DNA from: Candidatus Uhrbacteria bacterium
Lineage (GTDB): Bacteria > Patescibacteriota > Patescibacteriia > UBA9934
Direction of reading: 5' to 3'
Length of the DNA stretch: 64,000 bases
NCBI GenBank assembly: GCA_903848275.1
Contig: CAINGB010000025.1
Span: 4,713-68,712, forward strand
Below are positions 1 through 9,530 of the stretch, one piece after another. Positions within the stretch are counted from its first letter, which is position 1. Every line of letters starts with the position of its first letter. A program made the translations under genes and the position numbers. The notes beneath the pieces were generated by a model. The model was not told the origin of the DNA and searched no databases. It saw only the letters and a program-made list of their open reading frames with translations.

Positions 1-118
1 CCCCACCGACCACAAGACCACCGCCGAGTAAAAGCTGATTACGGCGAACTTGGAGCCACTTTTTTGGTGGTTCCGGCGGTAGACCTGGGGTGAAGTATTG
101 AGGTTCAAGAGCATTCAT
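1..118 (-). CDS. N-terminal part of a membrane-anchored protein (runs off window start)
   Basis: ATG at 118-116, one base after the giant gene's stop; open frame MNALEPQYFTPGLPPEPPKKWLQVRRNQLLLGGGLVVGG continues to the window edge. Confidence 0.65.
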   Translation of the reverse strand, partial: MNALEPQYFTPGLPPEPPKKWLQVRRNQLLLGGGLVVGG

Positions 119-119
119 A

Positions 120-3100
120 TTAAAGGGCGCAGTAGTTGAATTTGATGTTGCTGATGTTGACTTCGCCTACGCCAGTGTAGGTGACGCGAAGAGGTAGATC
201 CTGCTCAGCTGTTTGATCGCAGACAAAACCTTCCGGCCAAGGGAGAGCTACGCCAGTGCCTTCGGTCACGACACCTGTGGTCGAAGTTGTAGTTGCACCG
301 TTTGAAGTTAGGAGTTCAACCACGATACCGGTAAAGGACGAAACAATGGAGCTGAAAGCGTCGGCGATTTCGGTTGAAGCGGCGCCATTGTAAGCGTAGT
401 CAAGGTGATTAGTAGTGTTGGGAATAGTGCCATCTGACGTCAGTGCTGTGAAACGCGCGGCGGAATTACTCGACCAGCCAGCGATAGTACGAATGAGGGT
501 TGATGAACTGGAAGGTAGAGGAGCGATAGTGTAGAGCTCGTAGCCGGCAGCTTTGATTGAGTCGGCATTCGTTGAGGCACTTGAAGGCGAAGAGGCTCGG
601 CTGGCCTGAACTAGAACGATAGCCTTGCGGAAGTTACTCGTGACAGAGGATGTACCATCCAGAAGATGCTGAGCTAGGTTTAGACCGCTGGCAGTATCGG
701 GTTTACCGCTAGTTGTTGTATAGAGATCAATCAAGCCGGCGAGCGTACTTTCGTCAGCCGCGCTGTAGAAAGTACTGGTAGCGACTGGCCCGGAACGAGG
801 CATGTAAACTAGGCCGATGTGGACGTTGTCGTTCTGACGGAAGAGGTCGGAAATAGCTGTGCGCAGATCAGCCTTCACATCATCCAGACTGCTCGACATG
901 GCGGTCGTTAGATCCGTCACGAAGACCACGTAAATATCTGGTGAAGCGACATTATCGAGCGAGACGTCGGCGGTGAGGGTGGCGCCCAAGCGACAGGCTG
1001 GGAAGGTGATGGTAGCGGCGTTTGGGAGAATGGAAGTGGTAGTGGCGGAATAAGAGTAGAGGTCGACGCTAGAGGACGAGGCGGCGCCTGGTTGGTTGTC
1101 GGTCAAGAGCATGGCGTCGGAGAGGAAGGTGTCAGGACAAGTGGATCCACAATCATTGGCACAGACTGGGAACTGGCAGTCGTTGCTCGAGCAGTCGGCG
1201 TCAGAGAGACAAGTAGCACTGAGGCCGCGGATTGGATCCGAACTGTCACCGCCGTTGCACTGACCGACGGTTTGACAGACTTCGGTTTCATTAGCGGCAG
1301 CAATTCCATCGGAGTTAAGGTCGACAGAGATGCGCTGACCATTAGAAGTGCAGGTGCCAGTACCGACATAGGTATAACGGGTACTGGTCATGGTCGAGTC
1401 CCAAGCCGTAACCGGTGAAGAACCATAAATGGCTTCGACAGCGGGAACATAGGAGTTTGGTAAATCGTAAGCGTCGCAGTACTCGCTACCGTTGGCAACA
1501 CCGTCGCCGCAGAATTCGCCGGAGAGGCTGGTGTATTTGCAGCTGACGGAACAAGCCGTACAGGTGGATTCGTAAGCGCTGGTACAACCGGCACCGTTGT
1601 TTGCGCCTTCGTCACACTGCTCGGTGTCGAGTTCGAGGTAACCATCGCCGCAGACGTTAGTTTTACACTGATTGGTACAGGTGTCGCCGGAGTTGGTGTT
1701 GCCGTCGTCGCATTCTTCGCCAGTATCAACCACGCCGTCGCCACAATTATTGAGAGCTTTGCAAGTAATGCCTTCGTAACCTGTTGAGGCATCCGCCCAG
1801 TTGCAGGTTCCTCCATGCGCACCATCATCGTCACAAACACGGGTACGATAGGTTTGATAAGTGTTATTTGAGCAAGTGCCGCCAGCGCCACAGTCGTCAT
1901 CAGTAGTACAGGCCTGGCCGATGAGGGTGGCGTCGTCGCTAAGCTGACAAACGGTAGTTATCGGACAAGCGGTGAATGGTCCATGAAGCTGAACGGTTTC
2001 GTTACTAACGCCACATTTTGCTTGAGCTTTAGCACGAGCCGATCTGACACCAGCCTGACAATCGGCGTCCAATAAAGCTGGGTCACAAGACTGACCTTCC
2101 ATGGTACCGGAATTATTGTTACAGATAGTGCCGGCGTAGGAATCTGGTGCACCATCACAAACTTCCCCACTATCAATCACGCCGTCGCCGCAGTAGCTAG
2201 CTGGGCCTTGGCAGTCCCAAGCACAGGTGTTGTTTGGGTTGGAGTTGTAGTCACCGTTAAGGTAGCCAGATCCAGACGAGCCACCACAATAACGAGTTGA
2301 GCCATCGGTGGAATCAGTGCGGCCACCGTAAGGACGAGAGTCGGTGGAGGCAGAAGTTGAGGAACAGTCGCAGGCTTCGCTACCAGCTAAGCTGCCGTCA
2401 CCGCAGTAGAAGGCATCGACCGTGAGTTTACAAGTTGAGCCGCAGTAACCATAACGACCGTTCAGGGAGCCGTCATCACATTCTTCGCTGGCGGCATCGA
2501 TGAGACCGTTGCCACAAGTGGCGGCGACGCAGGTAGCGGAAGTGTCGGCGATGAAGGCTGAACAGGTGCTGTTGCAAACTTGAGAGATGGTACCGTCAAG
2601 AACAGTGGTGTCCGTGGTCGTGCTGCAAGAAGTGGTGGTGCCGCCGCGCTCGCCGATTTCGCAAACTTCGCTAGCGTTAACCACACCGTCACCGCAGTTA
2701 CCGGTGCTGCCGTAGATGGTAGTGCCGTCGCAGAAGACGGCGGTGGTGAAGCCAGCGGCCGTGCTGAGAGGACTCGAAACTTGGTAAGTGACGGCGTCGG
2801 TAGCACTGGTGTCATAGTCGTAGTACCAGGCACCGGTAGCATATTCGAGGTCAGCGTAGAGGGTGTAGCTTGCGCTGCCGGCTGCTTTGTAGTGGTAAAC
2901 GTGGCTACCAGCTGGACAGATGTACTGACCGTTGGCTTGGTTGACGCAAGTAGCGCTGTCGTAGCTAGCGAGAGGAGCCGTACCGCAACCGAGGAAGGCG
3001 TTAAGAGGATCGGCGACTAAACTGCTGTTGGCCAAAGCGCCACCCAGCAAGTCTGTCCAAGAACCCCAGACGCTAGCGCCGAGGCCACGAACGAAGGTGC

Positions 3101-6100
3101 CGGAACCGAGAGTTGGCACGTCGGAAGTAGCGTAGGTGGAGCTGTAAGTGCTGACTTCACTACTGATAGTGCGGAGGTCGGCCAAGCGTTTAACGTCGCG
3201 AGTTAATTTTATTTTGTTATTAGCACAAGTTTCGCCGGTAGCACAGTCGGCGTCGGCCGTACAAGTCTCAGTCGTGTAAGCTGAGCCGTCGGAACAGAGA
3301 GCGACGTCGCTGACGTTGGTGGCGAAAGAGAGGTTGGCGAGGAGCTGGTCGTAGATGGCGATGGTAGAGTCGCTGGCGCCTTCGTTGTAGGAAATGACGT
3401 AGATATTTGGGTAGAGAGTAGCGCCACTTTGGTTGACGGCGGCGATATAGGTGGTACGGCCGTCTTTAACAGCTTGGAAGCCGTCGGCGGTAGTGACAGA
3501 TGGACTGCCCGAGAAACCTTGAGCTGTGTACCAGGCCAGCGGGCTCAAGTAGTCGGAGTTGGTGACCACACGGTAACCAATAGCGTCGCCGCTGCCGTCA
3601 TTAACTTCGAAGAGATACTCCTTGAGGATATTGTCGGTCGTCGAGTAGTCGGCGGCGTTTTGGACGGTCAGAGCTGGATAGTCGTCCGTGGTGTCGGTGG
3701 TAGCTCCGGCGTCGCGGCAGTAGAAGTCCGAGAAGTTCATCCAACCAGAGCCAATGACAGCGCCGGTAGCCAAACTAGCGTCGTCGCTCCAAGGGAAGAC
3801 GGTGGTTTTGACGTCGGGCCAAGTATTTTCACAGAGGAAAGCGACAACTTTTTGCGTGCCAGCAATAGACGTACCTTCAGAAGTACCGAATTGATCGTAG
3901 TCGATGGTGGCGGTGGCCAATACATTAGCGTCGCCGTTCTTGCCGACAGCGGCGACCGCGGCAGTATCGGTAGCGCTAGGATCTGTGCTGCCGGTAGCAG
4001 TCACGATGGTAGCATTCATGTCGTCGGTCCAAGCCCAATTCCACGAGTAAACGCCGGACAAAGATTCGATTGGTTCGCTGGTCGTGCCGTTAAAAGTGTA
4101 AGCGGTGGCTGTAAAGTCGTGGCTTTCCGTAGCTTGTGAGAAGTAGTTTGGACTATCGGTATTGCCGTCTGTGACAGCTACACTGTCCAAAGTACAGATT
4201 TCTGAACCAGTTGAGAACTCTTGAGTGGCGGCGCCATGTACGTTATACATCGCTACCCCGTCAACAGAATGGACGCCTGGATGTGAAGCGTCAGTAACGT
4301 CGCTGTCAGTCATGACTTCTAGAGTGTAGTGAGCGTTGGCTAGCAAGGGGACGTCGTAGTGCATGGTGACTTTATAGCTAGTTACGTCAGGTGATGTTTC
4401 GATAGCGGTTTGTGAATAGGAAGCGACAGGCACAACACAATCGCCGGCAGCAGCCTCTGCTGAACGACCGGTGAAGAGCTGACGGACGTTAAGCCAGCTA
4501 CGAGAATACCAAGGAAGGTGCGAACTAACAGCCATGGCGAGCGAAGTGTGATCGCTAGGACAGAGGTGGCCAGGAACGGTAGTTAAGTCGAGCTTAGCAA
4601 ACATGAGCGGTTGTGCGGTAGCTGGCGCGGTGGGTGCAGTCAAGAACGTCGAGAGATCCATCTCGCTGCTAAAGAGACCGGATAGCTCGGCATTGCGGCA
4701 GACATTGCGTCCGGTTGGATGCAGGCTGACTGTTGGGCGAGCTAGGCAGCAGTTATTAACGCCGACACCAGTGGCTAATGGCAAATGACAGTCGAGATCG
4801 CTAACAGCTGAGCAGGAGAGAGAATAGGTGGTAGGTGTGGCTGAAGTAGTGATGCCAGAAACTGGTTCCGTGACGTACATGGAAGCAATGGCCAGCTTGG
4901 TAGCTGGGTCGACTTCCTGCGCGGCGTGGAGGTCAATGGCGGCCAATTGAGTGTCGTCAATACGGCTATCGCCACCAGAGGATTCACAAGTAGCGTATTC
5001 ACCAAGGCCGACCGTGCCATCACCGCAGAATGATGGAGTAGTGTAGGAAGTAGAGGAGCCAAGAAGGGTGCAAGATGATGAGCAATACTGTTGACCGTCG
5101 CAGTCTTCACCGGCACCAGTGGCAGCTTGAGTAGTGGCACCATCGCCGCACTTGCTGGCCCAGAAAGCACCACCAGCCGAACCTTCACGGAGACAGGAAG
5201 CGGAACAACCGTCACCACTGACACTATTGCCGTCGTCGCAAGTTTCGTAGTTTGGAGTAATGGTGCCGTCGCCGCAACGAGCGCCACCGATGTCAGCTGA
5301 ACTGACCGTGCCTTCGTTCAAGCAGAGTGAAGAACAACCGTCACCATTGGCCACGTTGCCGTCGTCGCAGTCTTCACCGCCCTGAGTAGGGTCATAAGCA
5401 ATGTCGTTGTTGCCGCAAGTGGTGTCGACAGAACGGGAACCTTCGTCAAGACAAGTGGCGGAACAACCGTCACCGTTCTTGGTGTTGCCGTCGTCGCAAT
5501 CTTCGCCGCTGCCGTCGCCAGCGCGATCGAGATGACCGTTGCCACAAACTGGCGCCCAGGTTGGACCACCGTTGCTACCTTCACGGAGACAGGATGATGA
5601 GCAGCCGTCGGCATTGGCAGTATTGCCGTCTTCACATTCTTCGCCGTGCAGAGTGTCGATGTGTCCGTCGCCACAAATTGCGGCGTAGGCCTGGCTGCCG
5701 CCTGGTGTACAAAGTGAGGTACAGCCGGCTGCAATGTCGTTCTTATTGGTGTCGATAGTAGCGCTTGGCAGCCAGTTGGCGACGTTAATGGTGCTGCTGT
5801 GGCCATTGTCGGTCCAGTTATGGAAGCTCCAGTTGTAACCGGTAGTGGCCAACAGCTGACCGGAGGTGGAACAGGCGTCAGGTACGCCGTAGGCAGAGAC
5901 TGCAAAGTTCTGACGCTCGCCAACCGTGGATGCCGTAGCGGCGTCCGGAGTAACGGCCAAACGGCTGACAGCACAAACGTCGGTGCCAGATTTCACGCCA
6001 AAGGTCCAGGAATAATCACCGGAGTAATTAGTGCGGGTTAAAGCAACACCACTTGGGGTAGCGACGTCACCCGAGATGACTACACGGTAGAAGGTACCAG

Positions 6101-9100
6101 GAGTGAGGTTGGTGCCAGAAGGTAAGGCAATGTCAGCTTGTTTGCAGTGAGTCGAGGCGTCGCTGGCGCAATTGGAGGCGCTCACTGAATAGGCGCGCAC
6201 TTCGTCGCCAACGCCGACGTTACAGAGTTCATTAGGACAAGCGTAGAGTTTAACGGCACCAGGAGCGACAAGCGTCGCGGCGTCCATGTCGGTATTGAAG
6301 GAGGCACCAATTAAACTGTTACGGCAAGCGCCGTCACAGCTTGGCCAGAAATCGGCGACGTAAGGATCCGTAAAGTTAATTGTGAGCACAGCGTTACCGT
6401 CGACATTGCTGGCTTGCTCTTGGGCGGTGACGTCCGTGGTGCCTTCGGCGTTGGCCTGAACGAGAGTGCAATATGAGTTACCGCTGGCACAGGCGTCACT
6501 CGAAGCAAGACCAGCGATACTTGGATCTACTGTCCAGTTGTAGGTGTACTTACTAGCATCGAGAACGACACAGCCGTCGCTTGGTAAGGCGTTGAAGGTG
6601 TCGGTGTTGCCTTGGGCGTCGATGGTGGCGGTAGCCGGCGAAACTGAGACATTATTAACAGCACAGGAAGCACCGGTACTGGAGACTAGGAAATGCCAAG
6701 AGTAATCGGCAGCCATAGCAATGCCGCCAGGGGAAGACTTGGCCGCGGTGCTGACCGTAACCTTGTAACTCGCAGCGTTAGCAAAAGGTGTATTTGGGAC
6801 CCAGGTGAAGGTGGTTGGCGAGGAGTCGGAAATAGTGAGAAGGCCGTCGGCCGTAATGTCCGTGCCGCCAGTGCAAGCGTCGCTGCTACACTTTTCGATT
6901 TTGACGGCGTCGTCGATAGTGCCGCGGTTCATGAGTTCCGTGAATTCAGCGTAAACTACAGCCTGAGGGCAGACGTCCGTAGTGAAAGTAGAGTTTGGTA
7001 CAGCGCTGATGCGACCACCAGGGGTGAGAGTACACTCAGTGACAATCTCTGGAGTTGTCGGAATTTTACCGGTTGAGAAATACCACTGATAGGCCGCTGG
7101 ACCTGGTGGGAGGGTGGTGGTAGTGGCGGCGCCGTAAGTGAAGTTGAGGGTGTTACTCGTGGCACCAGCCGCTGAGGTGATCTGCACTGGTCCGGAGGTA
7201 GCGCCTACTGGAGCCTTGACGGTGACAGCGGTGCTATTCCAGGCGCTGGTTAAAGTAGCTGGGATAGCGGAAAAGAAATCAACTGCGCCTGTACTTGAAC
7301 CGAGACTGCCGGTGATAGTAACCGTGTCACCGGCGGCGCCAGTGTTGGGCGAGATGGAACAGATGCCAGGGCTAGGCGCATTAGAAGTGATAGTGAAATC
7401 AGTAAGAGCCGAAGAGGCGCCGCTTTGGGCGACGAGATAAATGGCAAAATCAGTACCGGCGACAACCGGATTACCGTTTTGATAACTAGCCGGTACAATG
7501 ACAGTAACCTGAGTGTCAGACCAATAATCTGAGCAGGCGGCCGGGAAATCGACGCTAGCCAAGGCTTTGTAACCAGAAGTTTTGTTTTCGAAAAAGACTT
7601 GGCCGATATTGGCACCAAAGTTGCTGCCGGTTAAGGTAATGTAGTCGCCAATGGCAGCTGAGCTTGGGCTGATACTGGCGATGATTGGGACGGTTGTTGT
7701 AGCGGTCGCCAGGCTGTAGAGAATAGTATTGGAAGCCACGCCGCCCACAGTAACGCCGACTGGGTAGCTACCGTCACGAGCCGAAGGAGCCGTAACGTTA
7801 AGGGAACTATCGCTCCAGCCGCTGTAAGAACCGGCCGCGTTAGTACCGAAAGCAACAGTTGAGGTGCTTTGGGCGTCGCCGAAGTCTAAACCAGACAAAA
7901 CCACGGCGTCAGTTGGTGCGCCAGAGGCTGGCAACAGTGAACAAAGTTTAGGATGAACGACGTCGTTCACCACGAAGTCGTCGAAAATTTGACCGTAGTC
8001 GTCGTTACTCGAGTCACTGAGAGGCGTAGTAGCGCCAGTTGTGACCGTAATTGGGCCAGTCACAGCACCAACTGGAACCATCACAATCAAGCCGGTAGAA
8101 GACCAGGTGCTGCAAGATGGGCTGAGAGCGACGACTGTGCCGCCGTTAGCTGCGGTAAAGGTCACGGTTGGTTGTGTGTCGCCGAAGCCAACGCCGTCGA
8201 TAGTCACGAAGGTGCCAACAGCACCGGAGAGTGGCGAGATGCCAGTAATTTCTGGCAAGGCGGTACAAATGCCGTCCACACAGCTATCGCTTGGGCCGCA
8301 GTCGGCGTCAGAAGTACAGATGCTGCCAGAACAAGCGCCGCAGTAGTCGACGTTAGCGCTATCGCCACCACAGTTAAGGCCAGTTTCACCATGCGAGGTG
8401 TCGATAACGTCGTTAAAGCACCAAGGGCCACGGGCCGTAACATGAATGGTGTCGTCGCTCGTGTTGCCGGCGATGTCGGTGACGGTGGTGGCTAGCTTGT
8501 AGCTAGTGCTGTTGACGAGAGCTGTGGTATCCCAGTTAGTGGCGATGGTGGTGTCAGAAAGATCGGGGCCGGTGGCACCAACGGAGTCGAACTGCACGTC
8601 TTCTGCGCTAAAACTGGCGTCCGCCACTTGGCTGTCGTCTGTGGCATGGACTTGGACGAGGGCAGAAGAACCAGATTCCACGCTGCCGCTTGGGATAGTG
8701 ATGACGGCGGTTGGGTTAGCGACGTCGACGAGGTTGCCGGTGGTGAAGGAGGAAGTACAGCTGGTGGTGGTACAGACAAGCGTAGTACCGTTGGTGCTTT
8801 TTACGGCCGTGGAAACACTGACCGAGAAGGCAGTGTCTGCATCAAAACAGAAACGGGTGTCATTTGGTGATGGACAAGCGGCGTTAGGCCGGAAGCTGGC
8901 ACTATTACTGCTAACCGTGATGGTGCCGTCGATGACTGCGCCGCTAGCGGTGTTTTTGACGACTAGATTATTAGCAAGAGTAGCGGCGTCGAGAGTCTTG
9001 GAGAAAGTAACTTTAAGGAGGACGTTGCGGATGGCGACCGGGCCGTCTGGTGAATAGTCCGTCACCGAGAAGGCTGAGGTGCTGCTACTACCGCCGAATC

Positions 9101-9521
9101 CCCCGCCGCTGCCGTTACCACTGCTGGTGTTGCCGCCGCCAGCGCCAGTGGCGTTAAGCAACGCGGAAAGGATGAAGCTGGCAATCGCGAAGGAGAGCAG
9201 GATGATGGCCAGGCCAATGACGCCACGAATGAGGATTTTCTTGGCGCGTTCTAATTTTTCTTCGTTGCCGGCCGCGGTCATCCAAGTAAAGCCACCGTAG
9301 AGGACGATAAGTACTGAGAGAATACCGAGAACGCCAATGACCACGCGGATGATGCGAGCGATGATGATTTTAGGGTCTTCCGCCGTGAGGCCGGAGGCAG
9401 CGCCAACGTCGGCCAGGCTACTGGTGACTTGAGCTAGGAGGTGTGGAGCGTGCAAAAATACGCCAGCCGCAATGAGGCCAAGGACAGAAGGAAGAACGTA
9501 TTTAAGGCGGAACCAACGCAT
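120..9521 (-). CDS. Giant (~3130 aa) surface protein: VirB2/TrbC-like pilin N-terminus, Ig-like (Big_5) and IPT/TIG repeats, Myxococcus-type Cys-rich repeats, C-terminal VWA-like domain
   Basis: LYGGFTWMTAAGNEEKLERAKKIL pilin motif; ISPxSGxxGxxVTIxGxxFG IPT repeats; many CGDG...ECDDGNxxxGDGCSxxC repeats; VVFVTDLTTAM VWA-like strand; ATG at 9521. Confidence 0.85.
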   Translation of the reverse strand: MRWFRLKYVLPSVLGLIAAGVFLHAPHLLAQVTSSLADVGAASGLTAEDPKIIIARIIRVVIGVLGILSVLIVLYGGFTWMTAAGNEEKLERAKKILIRGVIGLAIILLSFAIASFILSALLNATGAGGGNTSSGNGSGGGFGGSSSTSAFSVTDYSPDGPVAIRNVLLKVTFSKTLDAATLANNLVVKNTASGAVIDGTITVSSNSASFRPNAACPSPNDTRFCFDADTAFSVSVSTAVKSTNGTTLVCTTTSCTSSFTTGNLVDVANPTAVITIPSGSVESGSSALVQVHATDDSQVADASFSAEDVQFDSVGATGPDLSDTTIATNWDTTALVNSTSYKLATTVTDIAGNTSDDTIHVTARGPWCFNDVIDTSHGETGLNCGGDSANVDYCGACSGSICTSDADCGPSDSCVDGICTALPEITGISPLSGAVGTFVTIDGVGFGDTQPTVTFTAANGGTVVALSPSCSTWSSTGLIVMVPVGAVTGPITVTTGATTPLSDSSNDDYGQIFDDFVVNDVVHPKLCSLLPASGAPTDAVVLSGLDFGDAQSTSTVAFGTNAAGSYSGWSDSSLNVTAPSARDGSYPVGVTVGGVASNTILYSLATATTTVPIIASISPSSAAIGDYITLTGSNFGANIGQVFFENKTSGYKALASVDFPAACSDYWSDTQVTVIVPASYQNGNPVVAGTDFAIYLVAQSGASSALTDFTITSNAPSPGICSISPNTGAAGDTVTITGSLGSSTGAVDFFSAIPATLTSAWNSTAVTVKAPVGATSGPVQITSAAGATSNTLNFTYGAATTTTLPPGPAAYQWYFSTGKIPTTPEIVTECTLTPGGRISAVPNSTFTTDVCPQAVVYAEFTELMNRGTIDDAVKIEKCSSDACTGGTDITADGLLTISDSSPTTFTWVPNTPFANAASYKVTVSTAAKSSPGGIAMAADYSWHFLVSSTGASCAVNNVSVSPATATIDAQGNTDTFNALPSDGCVVLDASKYTYNWTVDPSIAGLASSDACASGNSYCTLVQANAEGTTDVTAQEQASNVDGNAVLTINFTDPYVADFWPSCDGACRNSLIGASFNTDMDAATLVAPGAVKLYACPNELCNVGVGDEVRAYSVSASNCASDASTHCKQADIALPSGTNLTPGTFYRVVISGDVATPSGVALTRTNYSGDYSWTFGVKSGTDVCAVSRLAVTPDAATASTVGERQNFAVSAYGVPDACSTSGQLLATTGYNWSFHNWTDNGHSSTINVANWLPSATIDTNKNDIAAGCTSLCTPGGSQAYAAICGDGHIDTLHGEECEDGNTANADGCSSSCLREGSNGGPTWAPVCGNGHLDRAGDGSGEDCDDGNTKNGDGCSATCLDEGSRSVDTTCGNNDIAYDPTQGGEDCDDGNVANGDGCSSLCLNEGTVSSADIGGARCGDGTITPNYETCDDGNSVSGDGCSASCLREGSAGGAFWASKCGDGATTQAATGAGEDCDGQQYCSSSCTLLGSSTSYTTPSFCGDGTVGLGEYATCESSGGDSRIDDTQLAAIDLHAAQEVDPATKLAIASMYVTEPVSGITTSATPTTYSLSCSAVSDLDCHLPLATGVGVNNCCLARPTVSLHPTGRNVCRNAELSGLFSSEMDLSTFLTAPTAPATAQPLMFAKLDLTTVPGHLCPSDHTSLAMAVSSHLPWYSRSWLNVRQLFTGRSAEAAAGDCVVPVASYSQTAIETSPDVTSYKVTMHYDVPLLANAHYTLEVMTDSDVTDASHPGVHSVDGVAMYNVHGAATQEFSTGSEICTLDSVAVTDGNTDSPNYFSQATESHDFTATAYTFNGTTSEPIESLSGVYSWNWAWTDDMNATIVTATGSTDPSATDTAAVAAVGKNGDANVLATATIDYDQFGTSEGTSIAGTQKVVAFLCENTWPDVKTTVFPWSDDASLATGAVIGSGWMNFSDFYCRDAGATTDTTDDYPALTVQNAADYSTTDNILKEYLFEVNDGSGDAIGYRVVTNSDYLSPLAWYTAQGFSGSPSVTTADGFQAVKDGRTTYIAAVNQSGATLYPNIYVISYNEGASDSTIAIYDQLLANLSFATNVSDVALCSDGSAYTTETCTADADCATGETCANNKIKLTRDVKRLADLRTISSEVSTYSSTYATSDVPTLGSGTFVRGLGASVWGSWTDLLGGALANSSLVADPLNAFLGCGTAPLASYDSATCVNQANGQYICPAGSHVYHYKAAGSASYTLYADLEYATGAWYYDYDTSATDAVTYQVSSPLSTAAGFTTAVFCDGTTIYGSTGNCGDGVVNASEVCEIGERGGTTTSCSTTTDTTVLDGTISQVCNSTCSAFIADTSATCVAATCGNGLIDAASEECDDGSLNGRYGYCGSTCKLTVDAFYCGDGSLAGSEACDCSSTSASTDSRPYGGRTDSTDGSTRYCGGSSGSGYLNGDYNSNPNNTCAWDCQGPASYCGDGVIDSGEVCDGAPDSYAGTICNNNSGTMEGQSCDPALLDADCQAGVRSARAKAQAKCGVSNETVQLHGPFTACPITTVCQLSDDATLIGQACTTDDDCGAGGTCSNNTYQTYRTRVCDDDGAHGGTCNWADASTGYEGITCKALNNCGDGVVDTGEECDDGNTNSGDTCTNQCKTNVCGDGYLELDTEQCDEGANNGAGCTSAYESTCTACSVSCKYTSLSGEFCGDGVANGSEYCDAYDLPNSYVPAVEAIYGSSPVTAWDSTMTSTRYTYVGTGTCTSNGQRISVDLNSDGIAAANETEVCQTVGQCNGGDSSDPIRGLSATCLSDADCSSNDCQFPVCANDCGSTCPDTFLSDAMLLTDNQPGAASSSSVDLYSYSATTTSILPNAATITFPACRLGATLTADVSLDNVASPDIYVVFVTDLTTAMSSSLDDVKADLRTAISDLFRQNDNVHIGLVYMPRSGPVATSTFYSAADESTLAGLIDLYTTTSGKPDTASGLNLAQHLLDGTSSVTSNFRKAIVLVQASRASSPSSASTNADSIKAAGYELYTIAPLPSSSSTLIRTIAGWSSNSAARFTALTSDGTIPNTTNHLDYAYNGAASTEIADAFSSIVSSFTGIVVELLTSNGATTTSTTGVVTEGTGVALPWPEGFVCDQTAEQDLPLRVTYTGVGEVNISNIKFNYCAL

Positions 9522-9530
9522 AGCCAAAAA